This document shows positions 23,831 through 36,574 of a stretch of DNA of 64,000 nucleotides, one piece after another. This DNA is from Sphyrna mokarran (Eukaryota): contig JAGIQG010000012.1 of the NCBI GenBank assembly GCA_024679065.1, positions 87,296,001 to 87,360,000 of the forward strand, in the 5' to 3' direction. The translations under genes were made by a program, and so were the position numbers. The notes under the pieces are model-generated. The model was given only the letters and a program-made list of their open reading frames with translations, was not told where the DNA came from and searched no databases. Position 1 is the first letter of the stretch, and each line of letters starts with the position of its first letter.

Positions 23831-25811
23831 TACAGATAAAAATAATAGTATCGGAGTGGGGCTGCGGGTGCAACAGGACAGATGAGAGGTCACATGATGG
23901 GAGATAACTCTTTTTTGGTCAGCCTTCAGTGGTTTCCAAAATGTTCCAAACTTGAGGATGAGAGAGTGCAAGCTGGGCCTCTACTCATTAGAGTTCAGAG
24001 GAATGGGATAATCAAATTGAAGCATCAGTTTCTCAGGGGGTTTGACGAGATGTGCTCTGAGAAAACATTTCCTCTTTTGGGAGAATCGAGAAGGAGGGGC
24101 AGAGTGTGAGATGAGGGGAAATGGAGTGAGGAGAAACTCCTTCTATCTTCTTGTTAATCTTTGGAATTCTCTTCCCCACAGAGAGAGAAAGAGAGAGGGA
24201 GACAGTTGGTCACTGAATATATTCAAGGTTGAGTTAAACAGATTTTTGATCAATAATTAAGTCAATGATTGTGGGAAGTGGACAGGGAAGTGGATTTAAA
24301 ATTGCCATCCAATGAGCAATAATATTATTGAATGGTGGAGTTCTGCCCAGTGGGCTGAAGGGCTGACTGACTCTTGCTCCAATTTCTTAGGATTTTACAT
24401 TGTTTTTGATGCCCTAGCATTTCCTCAGTGTCTCAGTGTTAATGTTGTTTTAACCCTCCTATAATAGCTTTACTACCTTTACAGCTAAACAAATGAAAAA
24501 TATTACTGTTGCAGAACCTGCCACTCCAATAATTTTCCCAGTAACACTTCACTGCTAATTATATTTTTCGTGAGTTCCTCCCACTGTTCCATTTCGTCTT
24601 TTACACTTATTTCTGAGATGTTACATTGATCCGATTGAGTGGAGACCAATGCAAAATGTCTGTTCAGGTCATCTGCTATCTCCTTATTTTCCATTATTAA
24701 TTCCCCAATCTTACTAATTTAAACTCTTTCCAGTTAATTAATTTACTGTGACAAACCAAGGATAGGCGTTAACTCAAATTCTCCCAAAGAAAATTCAGTT
24801 TAGTTAGCATTTCAGATACCAAACTCAAACTTACAACAGTTGCAAAACTTCAACTCTTAACTGAACATTAACTCTAATAATTTAACTGAAAAGAGATACT
24901 ATCCATTGAGAACGAGATGGCCAGGCCCATTCCCAATGAAGATTCTGCCCTCATGGTCCTCCTCTGAAGATATTCTTCAATTGCATTCTTGTGTTGGTTA
25001 ATCCCTGCCTTCTCGTTAGAGACAAACATGCGTCTTTAATCTCAGAATGTTCTAACCTTCCAGAAAGTTCTGCAATAATCAGCCAATGGTGTAACCAGAA
25101 ACCGATCACATTATCAGGCCAGGCCAATGGAGTTCCTGACAGAAAATTCCAGAATGCTTGGTTTAAATGGCACTTTAGGTCACATAGCCATCAGCCATAT
25201 ATGGATACGGCAGGAAATCTCAGCATCACAGAGTGCAGAGTTATCCAAACATTCTCCCGTATTTGATCAGCACAGCGAGTGTCAGGTCACAGCTCACAGA
25301 CCAGTTCACAGCTCACAGCAACTTTACAGTTACATCTGTGTTTGATTATAACTGGACCAAAATCCCAGCATGCTTAACTCTCACACAATTGCTCTTACAG
25401 CCAATATTGCTGTTCTCATTCTTAAATCACTGCTGTAGCTGTTCTTTCTGCCTCCACTCCAGATACATTTTTCAACAGACTAATACTCACTTTATGAGTT
25501 ATTTTACTTTTGAAATGTCCGTCGGAATTGTTCTAGCAGTTTGTAATATTCCTAGCTCACTTTCACATATATTCTATTTTCCATTAGGCTTTTTGCTGCT
25601 GTTTGCATTCTCTCCAATCCTCTGACCTGCTTTCCATCCTGATGCAATTCTGTGCCTTCTCTTTACTTTTGACACCATCAACTAAAAGAGAGAACGTGTG
25701 ATCACTCTGGTTCTTATGTTTCTTGCTCTTCGTCCTATCTTTGTATGTTATCTGATAAACTGACCAATAATGGAGAACTCGCACTGAATGTATAATTAGT
25801 TTCATTCTAAA

Positions 25812-26446
25812 TTAAACCTCTCACTTTGAAAAGTTCCACCCAGGAAGGGGAGCTGGAGTGGTTAATTGTGTTCCTCTTTATCTACACTTTAACTTTATTC
25901 GCTGATAAAGAAAAGGATATGAAACCAGCTGCAGTTGTTGGGACACCTTGTGTTTCAATGTGTTTACTGGACACACAATAAACGGTGTGGAGAAACAGGA
26001 TTGTCACTCTGTCGAGATGATCAGTAAAACTCTTTTTGTTCTAACTCTGTCTCTCTGTGTTTCTGGGGGTAAGTACAAGTTATTGTTTGGTTTGGAGAAG
26101 TTTCACTTGAGATTAAAATAACTCTCCCTGGTTTGTGCTGCTGTGTGTGTCAGCTCCTGTATTGTGTGTGGATTCCACAGTTAGAACATTCAGAACTGGA
26201 TATGAGTCTTACAGGAGAATTTATCATTGTATTGAGATAGTTTAGTGTATCTGACACAGAATTACACAGACTGGGAACACGGATCACAGAACTGAGTGTT
26301 CCACCATTCTTTCCAGTTTAATGGGACCATGGGTTTGACTGACAGTCTGTACATTAATTGGGCGTATTCGTGGGCACTGCGAGACACCAGTATTAAACAC
26401 TGTGCCACCGTTCCACTCCACCACTAGCAACACTGTCCCAACACCT
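25812..26446 (+). repeat. Promoter/leader/intron-start block, copy 1 (copies at 34714-35330 and 42480-43280)
   Basis: Direct three-way homology; core around the exon nearly identical. Confidence 0.93.
26017..26068 (+). CDS. Signal-peptide (leader) exon L1, MISKTLFVLTLSLCVSG-G
   Basis: GAGATGA start context, basic residue then hydrophobic core, 52 nt, phase-1 donor G|GTAAGT compatible with all V exons. Confidence 0.85.
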
Positions 26447-26905
26447 AGAACAAAGAACAAAGAACAAAGAACAAAACAGCACAGGAAACAGGCCCTTCGG
26501 CCGCCACCCCGATGTTCCCAACTCTACCCGTGATCCCTGTCCATGTTTATAGATCTATAGGTTAAAAACCAAATTTGAGACAATTTAGAGAGAATTTGTT
26601 TTGCCAATTAGCCTAAGAGCACATCTTTGGGATGTGGGAGGAAACCAGAGCATCCGGAGAAAACCCACGCAAGCACGTGGAGAATGCGCAAACTCCCACA
26701 GACACAGGCCCAAATCCATGTATCTGCACAGCACAGCGATAGTCACTGAGCTGTCGTGTTGCCCATCAAATGGTCCAGGTCAAGCGTACACTAACGACGT
26801 GAAGCACTAGGATACTCTCGAAAAAATATCCAAGAGCAGCCCTCTCACGACCCATCATGTGTATGCCCCTCGTTAGACAACAAGGTGGACCAAAGCACCT
26901 GTACG
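26447..26905 (-). mobile_element. 3' portion of a SINE-containing CR1 3'UTR family, (TTCTTTG)n tail
   Basis: Homologous to 46740-47155 and 48172-48640. Confidence 0.75.
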
Positions 26906-27246
26906 ATAAAAACAAGTACATCAATATCATCATCTATTTACACACTTCCCAGGGATTCCCAAGGCTCATGATCCCTATTTTAAATCAGTTTTCTATACCC
27001 CTCCATTCTTTTCCTGAACTTTCTGAATGTTGACTATCCTTGAATATTCAGTCCCCGGCCTTGGTCATCCAGCTGCCGTGTCTCTGTAATGCCTATTAGA
27101 CCATTTCTGTTTGCTTCTATTTGTGTCATCAATTCATCTATTTATTGGGAACGCTGTGAGCATTCAGAGTGTTTTTCATTCTGTATTTTGAACATTATTG
27201 GGTATTTTGATTCGATTTGATGTCGGCCTTTGTTTCTGCAGCCTTC

Positions 27247-27780
27247 ATAGAACATAGAACATAGAACAATACAGCACAAACAGGCCCTTCGGCCCATGAG
27301 TTGCGCCGATCACATCTACCAATCCACAGACCTATCTATAACCCCCTATCCTATTCTTTTCCATATACTCATCCAGAAGTCTTTTAAAAGACCCCAGTGA
27401 GTTTGCCTCAATAACCTCCGACGGCAGTCGGTTCCATTCACTCACCACCCTCTGAGTGAAAAACCTACCCCTGACATCTCCTTTGTATTTGCTTCCCTGC
27501 ACCTTAAATCTGTGTCCTCTCGTAGTGACCATTTCAGCTCGGGGAAATAGTCTCTGAGAGTCCACCCTATCTATTCCTCTCAACATTTTATAAACCTCTA
27601 TCAGGTCGCCTTTCAACCTACGTCTCTCCAGTGAGAAGAGTCCCAGCTCCCTCAATCTATCTTCATAAGGCCTGCCTCCCAATCCAGGCAGCATCCTTGT
27701 AAATCTCCTCTGAACCCTCTCAATAGCCTCTACATCATTCCTATAATGAGGCGACCAGAACTGCGCACAATACTCTAACT
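27247..27780 (-). mobile_element. CR1 3' fragment
   Basis: ORF 27332-27694; (CATAGAA)n tail. Confidence 0.9.
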
Positions 27781-28156
27781 GGGAGTATTATATCCTTCGA
27801 TTATTGCTTTTCAAATTCCCATTCCAAGCTTTTTCTCCCATCTGAATTCCCAGCCAGGATTACTCAGGCTGCCACCTTATTGGCTGATATTACCTACATT
27901 AAAACTTCCAAAGAAGGTCATTGTCTAGAAAGCACCTTGAGACGATGAGTAGGTGTGAGGAGTGCTGTATGATTACAAGTCTTTCTTGCTTTTACTGTCA
28001 GATTATTAATGAATTCTGGCTCATTACAAAATCAAATATGTCCCTTAATGTGTCTGAAACATATTCAGAAACTGTTCAATCCACAACAATTCCTGGCCGT
28101 GAACACACACAGTGACATGGAACGTTGTTACTGATAACAACAGTCTCAGTAAATTC

Positions 28157-28740
28157 CCAGACAGAGGTTTCAGATCAGATGGGAAATGAGAGTATAACTA
28201 GTACACAGCAACAAGCCACATCCTGTCATCAAATTCATAAAATCACCAGTTATACCCGAACCTCAACACCATGACAAGTGAATTACAGATTGTAATGTCT
28301 AAGGTGTGTTTCCGTCACCGTTCAGTGATAATCCCACAGCATCATGTTCAATCCTTCTTCCTTTGTCTGGAGAACTTCATTGTGTCTCTAACCAGCTCAT
28401 TCGCTATTGCCCCAAGACTGCTCTGAATTAGATCTTGTTTTGTGTCAATAGATCTGATTGTTGTCCCTGTCCCTATTCTTGTGTTCCATCTTAGTTTCTC
28501 AAAGATTTTGAGTTACCCTGGAATATTTCCCTTTCCTGTTGCTGCTACGGTGGCACAGAGATTTGCACTGCTGCCTCACAGTGTCAGGGACCCGGGTTCA
28601 TTTCGGATCTCGGGTAACTGTGTAGAGTTTGGGTGTCCTTCCACTTTTTTGTGGCTTTCCTTCGAATGCTCTGCTTTACTCACACACTCCAAAGATATTT
28701 AGTTTAAATTGATTGATTAAATTGCTCCTTAGTGTCCAAA
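28157..28740 (+). repeat. Intron-1 block C ending in an HE1-like SINE, duplicated at 43588-44170
   Basis: CAGACAGAGGTTTCAGATCAGAT..CAAGCCACATCCTGTCATC.. shared. Confidence 0.88.
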
Positions 28741-29329
28741 CATGATGAGGTTAGATGGATTTGAAATGAGAAATCTGTGGTGTCATTGGGATAGGACCGT
28801 GTATGATGCTATTTTGGAGATTCTGTACAATCTGAATGGGTCAAACAGCTTCTTCTGCAGTGATTCTGTGATTCTATTCTATATTGCTGTGCTAATTCAC
28901 TTTGTGTTCCACATTGCTTCTCTTTATTCTGAACTTCTGTTGCCCGGTTACAGATTTCTGAATCTATTTTGGTGAAACGTGAACTCATTGATTTCCTGTC
29001 AGTTGAGTCTATCTGCTCCATCTTCTCTTACTTCCATTTTTAATGACAGGATTTGGATTTCACTGTCAGTAAACCTTCACTGCTGCCTGAAACTCTCTTC
29101 CCATTTTCCGTCTGGGTGTTTGAATTGCTGAAGCTCTGCTTCATTCTGTCCCAGACTTCTTCTCCAGTTCAGTGGGTGCAAGAGTGTAGCGACTGAGACC
29201 ATCTAGAGTTAAGTTTTCACTGCTGCAAACCTCTCCATTCACAGCTCCAGCTGTCCAGCTTGATTTCTCTATTCTCCATAGCAGCTGAGTCCTGGGGAAT
29301 GAGTGCTTTTTATTCCAGCTGGGTGTCGC

Positions 29330-29720
29330 TATAAGACCAGCATTTATTGTCTATCCTTAATTCCCTTTGGGATGGTGATGGTGAGCTATGTTGCTAGACA
29401 AATAATGTGGATACAACAGCAACTTAGGGAACAAATATGCTGCACAGAATAACTAACCAGCTGACTCCCCAAAGCCTGTCCACCAAGGCACAGGTCAGGA
29501 GTGTGATGGAATATTCTCCACTTGTCTGGAAGATGCAGTTCCAATAACATTCAAGAAACTCAACACCATCCAGGACAAATCAGCCTGTTTGATTGGCACC
29601 CCATCCACCACCTTCAACATTCACTCCCCCCACCAATGGACACACAGTAACAGCCGTGTGTACCATCTACAAGATGCACTGCAGAAACTCACCAAGGCTC
29701 CTTTGACAGCACCTTCCAAA
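29330..29720 (+). mobile_element. Fragment of a second CR1/L2-group LINE lineage
   Basis: AQVRSVMEYSPL..KLNTIQDK; same family as 56320-57385. Confidence 0.7.
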
Positions 29721-30159
29721 CTTCATTTGATTTGATTTGTTATTGCCACACATATTAGTCTTCAATGAAAAGTATTGTTTCTTGTGTGCTGTGCAGTCAG
29801 AGCATACCATTCATAAAGAAGGACAGAACAGAGTTAAAAGTGAAGTCTTACATCAGATCTAGGGTGCAGAGAAAGATCAATTTAATATGAGTGGATCCGT
29901 GCGAAACCATTCCCACCTGAGCTCCTTCCTAACAGCACTCTGGGTGTCCATTCCCAGAAGGATTGCAGCAGTTCAAAAATGCAACCAGACACCACCTTCT
30001 GAAGGGCAATTGGCAATGGGAAATAAAGTTGGCCGAGATATCAATATTTACATTAATTTTATTGTATTGTTGTTTTCTATAATTCTCACGTATGTGACAA
30101 TGCTGTGCCTCTTAAAAATGTATTTTAATCATGTTTCTGGTTATCCTGTTATAGAAAGG

Positions 30160-30500
30160 ATATTACTAAATTCAAAAGAGTTCAGAAAAGATTTACTTGG
30201 ATACTACTGGGACTTGGGTTATAAGGGGAGGCCGGATAGACTGGGACATTTTTTTTCTGGAGTCTAGAAAGCTGAAGGAGTGATCTTATAGAGGTCTATA
30301 AAATAATGAGGGGCACAGATCAGCTGGATATTCAATATCTTTTCCCAAAGGTAGGGGAGATTGAAAGTAGAGGGCATAGTTTTAAGGTGATAGGGGAGAG
30401 ATACAAAAGGGTCCAGAGGAGCAATTTTTTTCACACAGAGGGTGGTGAGTGTTTGGAACAAGCTGCCAGAAGCAGTCGTAGAGTGAGTACAATGTTGTCT
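30160..30500 (+). mobile_element. Degraded CR1 3' fragment
   Basis: LFPKVGEIESRGHSFKV. Confidence 0.75.
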
Positions 30501-30509
30501 TTTGAAAAG

Positions 30510-31273
30510 TGCACACCCCCAACCTACCTGGATCGCTGCTCTCCATCCATATCCTTCTGACCCGCACTCATTAGACAGCCTGCAACACCTCCCTGGCTTT
30601 CCTGGTCTGCTGAGGAGTGGGGGGCTCAGATGGATCTTTGGTTGGTTGGGGGTGGAGATTATCTAATGTTCATCCTCCCCTCTCCCCCCATCACCATCAC
30701 CACCATAATCGATGTAGGTTGGGGATGTGCTCTGCCAAAGGCAGCTGTCTCCTGCGGGGGACTCTGATTGTGAGGGGGTCCTGCCTCCCGGGGGGGTCCA
30801 ACTGGGGTGGTGGGGGGAGGGGGTGGCTGTGTCCCGGTCGCAGGAGGGGTGTGCTTTGCCAAGTGGTGCCCTCTCCAGGTGCGGTTGAATCACGGGGGGG
30901 TCAGATCTGCTTGGGGTGGTTATGGGGGGTCTGTGAAGGGTGCTCGAGGAGGATGGGCTTCAGAGGTTCCCCTGCAGAACAGGAATCTGCTTTGGATTTT
31001 TATTCTGCAGGTTTGGTAACGGCACGGATCTGGAATGGACCCGAAGGCGTTAAAGTGGGATTTGGGGATAGAGTTCGGCCCGTGGGTCATTACGTCAATT
31101 TAATGCTAATTCATTTAAATCGTCAGGCTGCCTGATTGGTGCACGGACTCGATCCACGCCCAAATCCGGTGTCAGTAAAGGTGCAATCTGCTCGGATTTG
31201 GATGCAGATCGCCTTATAGGCCCAATACCGAATTTACCACAATTTCACATCCATTTTTGGTAAAATCAGGCCC
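30510..31273. mobile_element. GC-rich insertion, probably one end of a non-autonomous DNA transposon
   Basis: Abrupt GC/G-run-rich segment ending GGTAAAATCAGGCCC followed by TTA, a Harbinger-like terminus; no matching left end seen. Confidence 0.4.
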
Positions 31274-31449
31274 TTAATGTCAAACTCTCCCATGTTATAA
31301 TCACTGTTTGCTAAATATCCCCTTCCAGTCAGATTCTGAATTAAACCTGTCTGATTATTCATTATTAAATCCACACAAACCCCAGACTGACTGGGGGCTG
31401 GGGGAACAAACAATTGCCGGGGCATTGAGTACAAGGGTCAGGGTGTCAT

Positions 31450-32210
31450 AAGAAAAAAGAACAAAGAAAATTCCAGCACAGGAACAGGCCCTTCAGCCCT
31501 CCAAGCCTGCATCGACCATTCTGCCCGACTGAACTAAATCCCTCCACCCTTCCGGGGACCATATCCCTCTATTCCCATCTTATTCGTGTACCTGTCAAGA
31601 CGCCCCTTAAAAGTCACTACCATATCCTCTTCCACTACCTCCCCTCAGCAACAAGTTCCAGGTACCCACCATTCTGTGTAAAATGTCTGCCTCTTCCATC
31701 TCCTTTAAACTTTGTTCCCTGCACCTTAAACCTGTGCCCTCGAGTAATTGACTCTTTGACCCAGGGAAAAAGCTTCTGACTATCCACTCTGTCCATGCCC
31801 CTCAGAATCTTGTGCACTTCTATCAGGTCACCCCTCAACCTCTCTCGCTCCAATGAGAACAAATCAAGTTTCTCCAACCTCTCCTCATAGCTAATGCCCT
31901 CCATACCAAGCAACATCCTGGTAAATCTTTTCTGTACCCTCTCCGAAGCCTCCATATCCTTCTGGTAGTGTGGTGACTAGAATTGAACACTATATTCCAA
32001 GTGCAGCTTCACTAAGGTTCTATAAAGCTGCAACATGACTTGCCAATTTTTCAACTCAAAATACCCCAGCCGATGAAGGCAAGTATGCCGTATGCCTTCT
32101 TGACTGCCGTCTCCACCTGCATTGTCACTTTCAGTGACCTGTGTACCTGTACACCCAGATCCTTTTGCTTATCAATACTCTTCACAGTTCTGCCATTTAC
32201 TGTATAGGGT
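31450..32210 (-). mobile_element. CR1 3' fragment
   Basis: ORF 31635-31955; reverse tail. Confidence 0.85.
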
Positions 32211-33929
32211 CTGCATCTGACATATTGCAGTTTATAAAGCTTTGGTGAGGCCACACTGAGAGACTTGCATTCAGTTCTATTTGCCACATTACAGGAAGGA
32301 TGTGGATGCTTTGGAAAGGATACAGAAGAGGTTTACCAGGATGCTGCCTGGATTAGAGGCAATGAGCTATAAGGAAAGGCTGGACAAACTAGGCTTGTTT
32401 TCGAGGGAGCGGCGGAGGCTGAGGGGAGACCTGATAGAATTCTATAAAATGATGAGAGGTATAGATAGGGTTGGCAGTCAGAATCCTTTTCCCAGAGTTA
32501 AAATGTTTAATACGAGGGGACACGCTCTTAATGTGAGAGAGGGTGAAAGTTCACAGGAGATGTGAGGTACGAGTTTTTTACACAGAGAGTGGTAGGTGTT
32601 GGAACACGCTGCCAGGGGTAGTAGTGGAAACAGAGATGATGGGGAGGTTTAAGGGGCTTTTAGATAAGCACATGAATCTGCAAGGAATAGTGGGATATGG
32701 AGCAAGGACAGGAGAAAGGGATGAGTTTAATTTGGCCTCATGTTCTGCACAACATCCTGAGTTGATTTCAGGTCGTTACATTACAGGGAGGATGTTGTGT
32801 GTGGAACCTGGGAATGTGTTGCTATGTTAAGGGTGCTACACAAATGCAAAGCATTGTTGTTCATTGGAGGCCTGTTTCCATGCTGTAAATCTCTATGACT
32901 CTACATCTCTAACACCTTCTTTATACTTTAACATTCCCATTAACATTTCATTTCTCTTATATTCCTGATATCTTTCTCAATCTTTCCTTAGCTCTGACCT
33001 ATCACTGACCTTCTATTCTACTCCACCTCCTCCACCTCCCTCTCCAACTCTCTCGTTCATCACATTTCTATCCTTCAGTTCTGTAGAAGAGTCACACAGA
33101 CTCAAAACATTAACTCTGTTTCTCTCTCCACAGACGCTGCCAGACCTGCTGAGTTTATCCAGCACTTTCTGTTTTAATTAGAAATTACAGTTTGTTTGGC
33201 ATGAACATTGAGAGTTTTATGGTGAATGTTACTGATACTAGCATTTTTATTGAATCAAAACAGAAACGGAATTGAATTTCTGATTTATGTTGTGGATTTT
33301 TACTAACGGATATTTCCTGCAGATGCAAATGCAAAGGAAACTCTTTCCATCTTTTCTCCATTCACAAACATCCCCTTACATCCCTCTCCTGTCAACCCAC
33401 TGGCTCACATCAAAACTCTCTTGGGGTTCAGTTGGGGCCTGTAGTTTCCGTGCGTCTCCCCTCGTCTCTCTCCCCTCCCCCCCGGTTTGGGTCCTGCATT
33501 GCAGAGTATTATGAATGATCACAGCATCCCCAGCAGTGGCAATGCTCCTATAGTTTAGCTTTAAGTGGTACTAAATACTCTGGATGTCAGGCTCCAGCTG
33601 ATGTGAGGAGCCAATGAACAGCGCAGTTAGAGTAGGCTGACCACAGAAACCACGACAATGAGCAGCGAGAAAAAGTGTATGTTCTGCTTCCATCTTGGTG
33701 AATGGGTGTGGGTTAAACACATGCTGCTGTTCAAGCCGCGGGGGTGGGGGTGTTGTTTTTTCCCAGTCAGCTCCCATGTTGTCAGTTTTCTCCCCTCTTT
33801 AACACTCTGCCCAGGATCGAGTTTCTGGTTATTTGTCCTCATGAATCCTCCTTTGCTTTGATGTAAATGGAGTTTATTTTCTCTCCTGTAGACAATCCTG
33901 TGAGGATTGTCTATGTTTAAGGGACTATT

Positions 33930-34617
33930 CCGAGTTCATAGGACGCTCAAAGTAGCTGTGCAGGTTGAAGCTGTCGTTCGGAAGGCGTTTGGTATACTGG
34001 CCCTCATCAATCGAGGAATTGAGTTTAGGAGTCGAGAGATAATGTTATCGCTATATAGAACCCTGGTCAGATCCCACTTGGAGTACTGTGTACAGTTCTG
34101 GTCGCCTCACTACAGGAAGGATATGGACGCCATGGAAAGGGTGCAGAGCAGATTTACAAGGATGTTGCCCAGATTAAGGAGCATGTCTTATGGGGACAGG
34201 TGAAGGGAGCTTAGCCTTTTCTCCTGGGAGAGACGAAGGATGAGAGGTGACCTGACAGAGGGTGTATAAGATGTTGAGAGGTATTGATCGGGTGGATTGT
34301 CAGAAGCTTTTTCCCAGGGCTGAACTGGCGGTCACAAAAGGACACAGGTTTAAGATGCTGGGGAGAAGGTACAGAGGAGATGTCAGGGGTCAGTTTTTCA
34401 CTCAGAGGGTGGTGGGTGTGTGGAATGGGCTGCTGGCAACGGTGGTGGAGGTGGATTTGATAGGGTCTTTTAAGAGACTTTTAGGTAAGTACATGGAACT
34501 TAGAGGGTTATCGGTAATCCCTCATAATCTCTAAGTTAGGGACGTGTTTGGCACAACTTTGTGGGCTGAAGGGCCTGTATTGTGCTGCAGTTCTCCTAAG
34601 TTTCTGTGTTTCTATGT
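33930..34617 (+). mobile_element. CR1 3' fragment inserted upstream of L2 only
   Basis: ORFs 33907 and 34262; absent from the paralogous block at 42310-42330. Confidence 0.88.
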
Positions 34618-34903
34618 AAATGCCAGTTGTTATTGTTACCAAGAGACAGAGGATTTGGTTCCAGTGATTTTCAATAAATATTCCAACGAACAGCATTAAT
34701 GTCCCTGAAAACATTCCAATCCAGGACAGGGAGTAACCACTGGCTCATTGTCACCGTTTCCTCTTTATCTACACTTTAACTTTATTCACTGGTGAAGAAA
34801 TGGATATGAAACCAGCTGCAGTTGTTGGGACATTTTGTGTTTCAATGTGTTTACTGGACACACAATAAACGGTGTGGAGAAACAGGATTGTCACTCTGTC
34901 GAG

Positions 34904-34955
34904 ATGATCAGTAAAACTCTTTTTGTTCTAACTCTGTCTCTCTGTGTTTCTGGGG
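34904..34955 (+). CDS. Signal-peptide exon L2 (identical to L1)
   Basis: Same 52 nt, donor GTAAGT. Confidence 0.8.
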
Positions 34956-36574
34956 GTAAGTACAAGTTATTGTTTGGTTTGGAGAAGTTTCACTTGAGAT
35001 TAAAATATCTCTCCCTGGTTTATGCTGCTGTGTGTGTCAGCTCCTGTATTGTGTGTGGATTCCACAGTTAGAACATTCAGAACTGGATATGAGTCTTACA
35101 GGAGAATTTATCATTGTATTGAGATAGTTTAGTGTATCTGACACAGAATTACACAGACTGGGAACACGGATCACAGAACTGAGTGTTCCATCATTCTTTC
35201 CAGTTTAATGGGACCATGGGTTTGACTGACAGTCTGTACATTAATTGGGTGTTTTTGTGGGCACTGTGAGGCAGCAGTGTTAAACACTGTGCCACCGTTC
35301 CACCCCACCACTAGTAACACTACCCCACCTCCTGTTTCATATTTTTCTGAACTTCCGCATTGTTGACTTTCCTTGAATATTCAGTCCCCGGCCTTGGTCA
35401 CCCAGCTGCCGTGTCTCCGTAATGCCGATCATGTCATTTCTTAGTTTTTCAAAGATTTTGTGTTACCTCAGGATATTTTCCTTTCCTGTTGCTGCTGCAG
35501 TGCCACAGTGTTTAGCACTGCTGCCTCACAGTGCCAGGGACCCGGGTTCAATTCCAAACATGCCTGTCTGGAGTTTGCATGTTCTCCCCGTTTCTGTGGG
35601 GTTTTCCTCTGGGTGTTCTGGTTTCCTCCCACATTCCGAAGAGGTCCAGACAGAGGTTTCAGATCAGATGGGAAATGAGTGTATATCTAGTACACAGCAA
35701 CAAGCCAATGAACAGCGCAGTTAGAGTAGGCTGACCACAGAAACCATGGCAATGAGCAGCGAGAAAAAGTGAATGTCCTGCTTCCATCTTGGTGAATGGG
35801 TGTGGGTTAAACATAGAACATAGAACATAGAACATAGAACATTACAGCGCAGTACAGGCCCTTCGGCCCTCGATGTTGCGCCGGCCAGTGGACCCTCTAA
35901 CCTAAACTATTCCAATATCATCCATATGCCTTTCCACTGAACATTTGAATGCCCCCAAAGTAGGCGAGTCCACAACTGCTGCAGGCAGGGCATTCCACGC
36001 TCTCACCACCCTCTGTGTAAAGAACCTGCCTCTGACATCCGTCCTATAACTACCACCTCTTAATTTAAAGTTATGTCCCCTCGTGTTGGTCATCACCATC
36101 CGAGGAAAAAGGCTCTCACTATCCACCCTATCCAATCCCTTGATCATCTTATACGCCTCAATTAGGTCACCGTGTAACCTTCTTCTCTCTAATGAAAATA
36201 ACCTCAGTTCCCTCAGCCTTTCCTCATAAGGCCTTCCCACCATACCAGGCAACATCCTGGTAAACCTCCTCTGCACCCTTTCCAATGCTTCCACATCTTT
36301 CTTATAATGCGGCGACCAGAACTGTACGCAATACTCCAAGTGCGGCCGCACCAGAGGTTTGTACAGTTGTAACATAACCTCACGGCTTCTAAATTCAATC
36401 CCTCTACCAATAAAAGCTAACACACCATACGCCTTCTTAACAACTTTATCAACCTGGGTGCCAACTTTCAAAGGGCTATGTACTTGTACCCCAAGATCCC
36501 TCTGCTCGACAACACTATTAAGGGTCCTTCCATTAACTCTATCTTTCATATGCCTATTATTCCTACCAAAGGAA

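Noticed and set aside
24991-25625. ORFs upstream of L1 as a possible C1 domain
   Set aside because: No consistent C1 motif spacing (LxC, FYP, W, YxCxVxH) or splice sites.
30617-31135. 172-aa Gly-rich ORF with a His run
   Set aside because: Low-complexity GC-rich repeat insertion with no domain signature.
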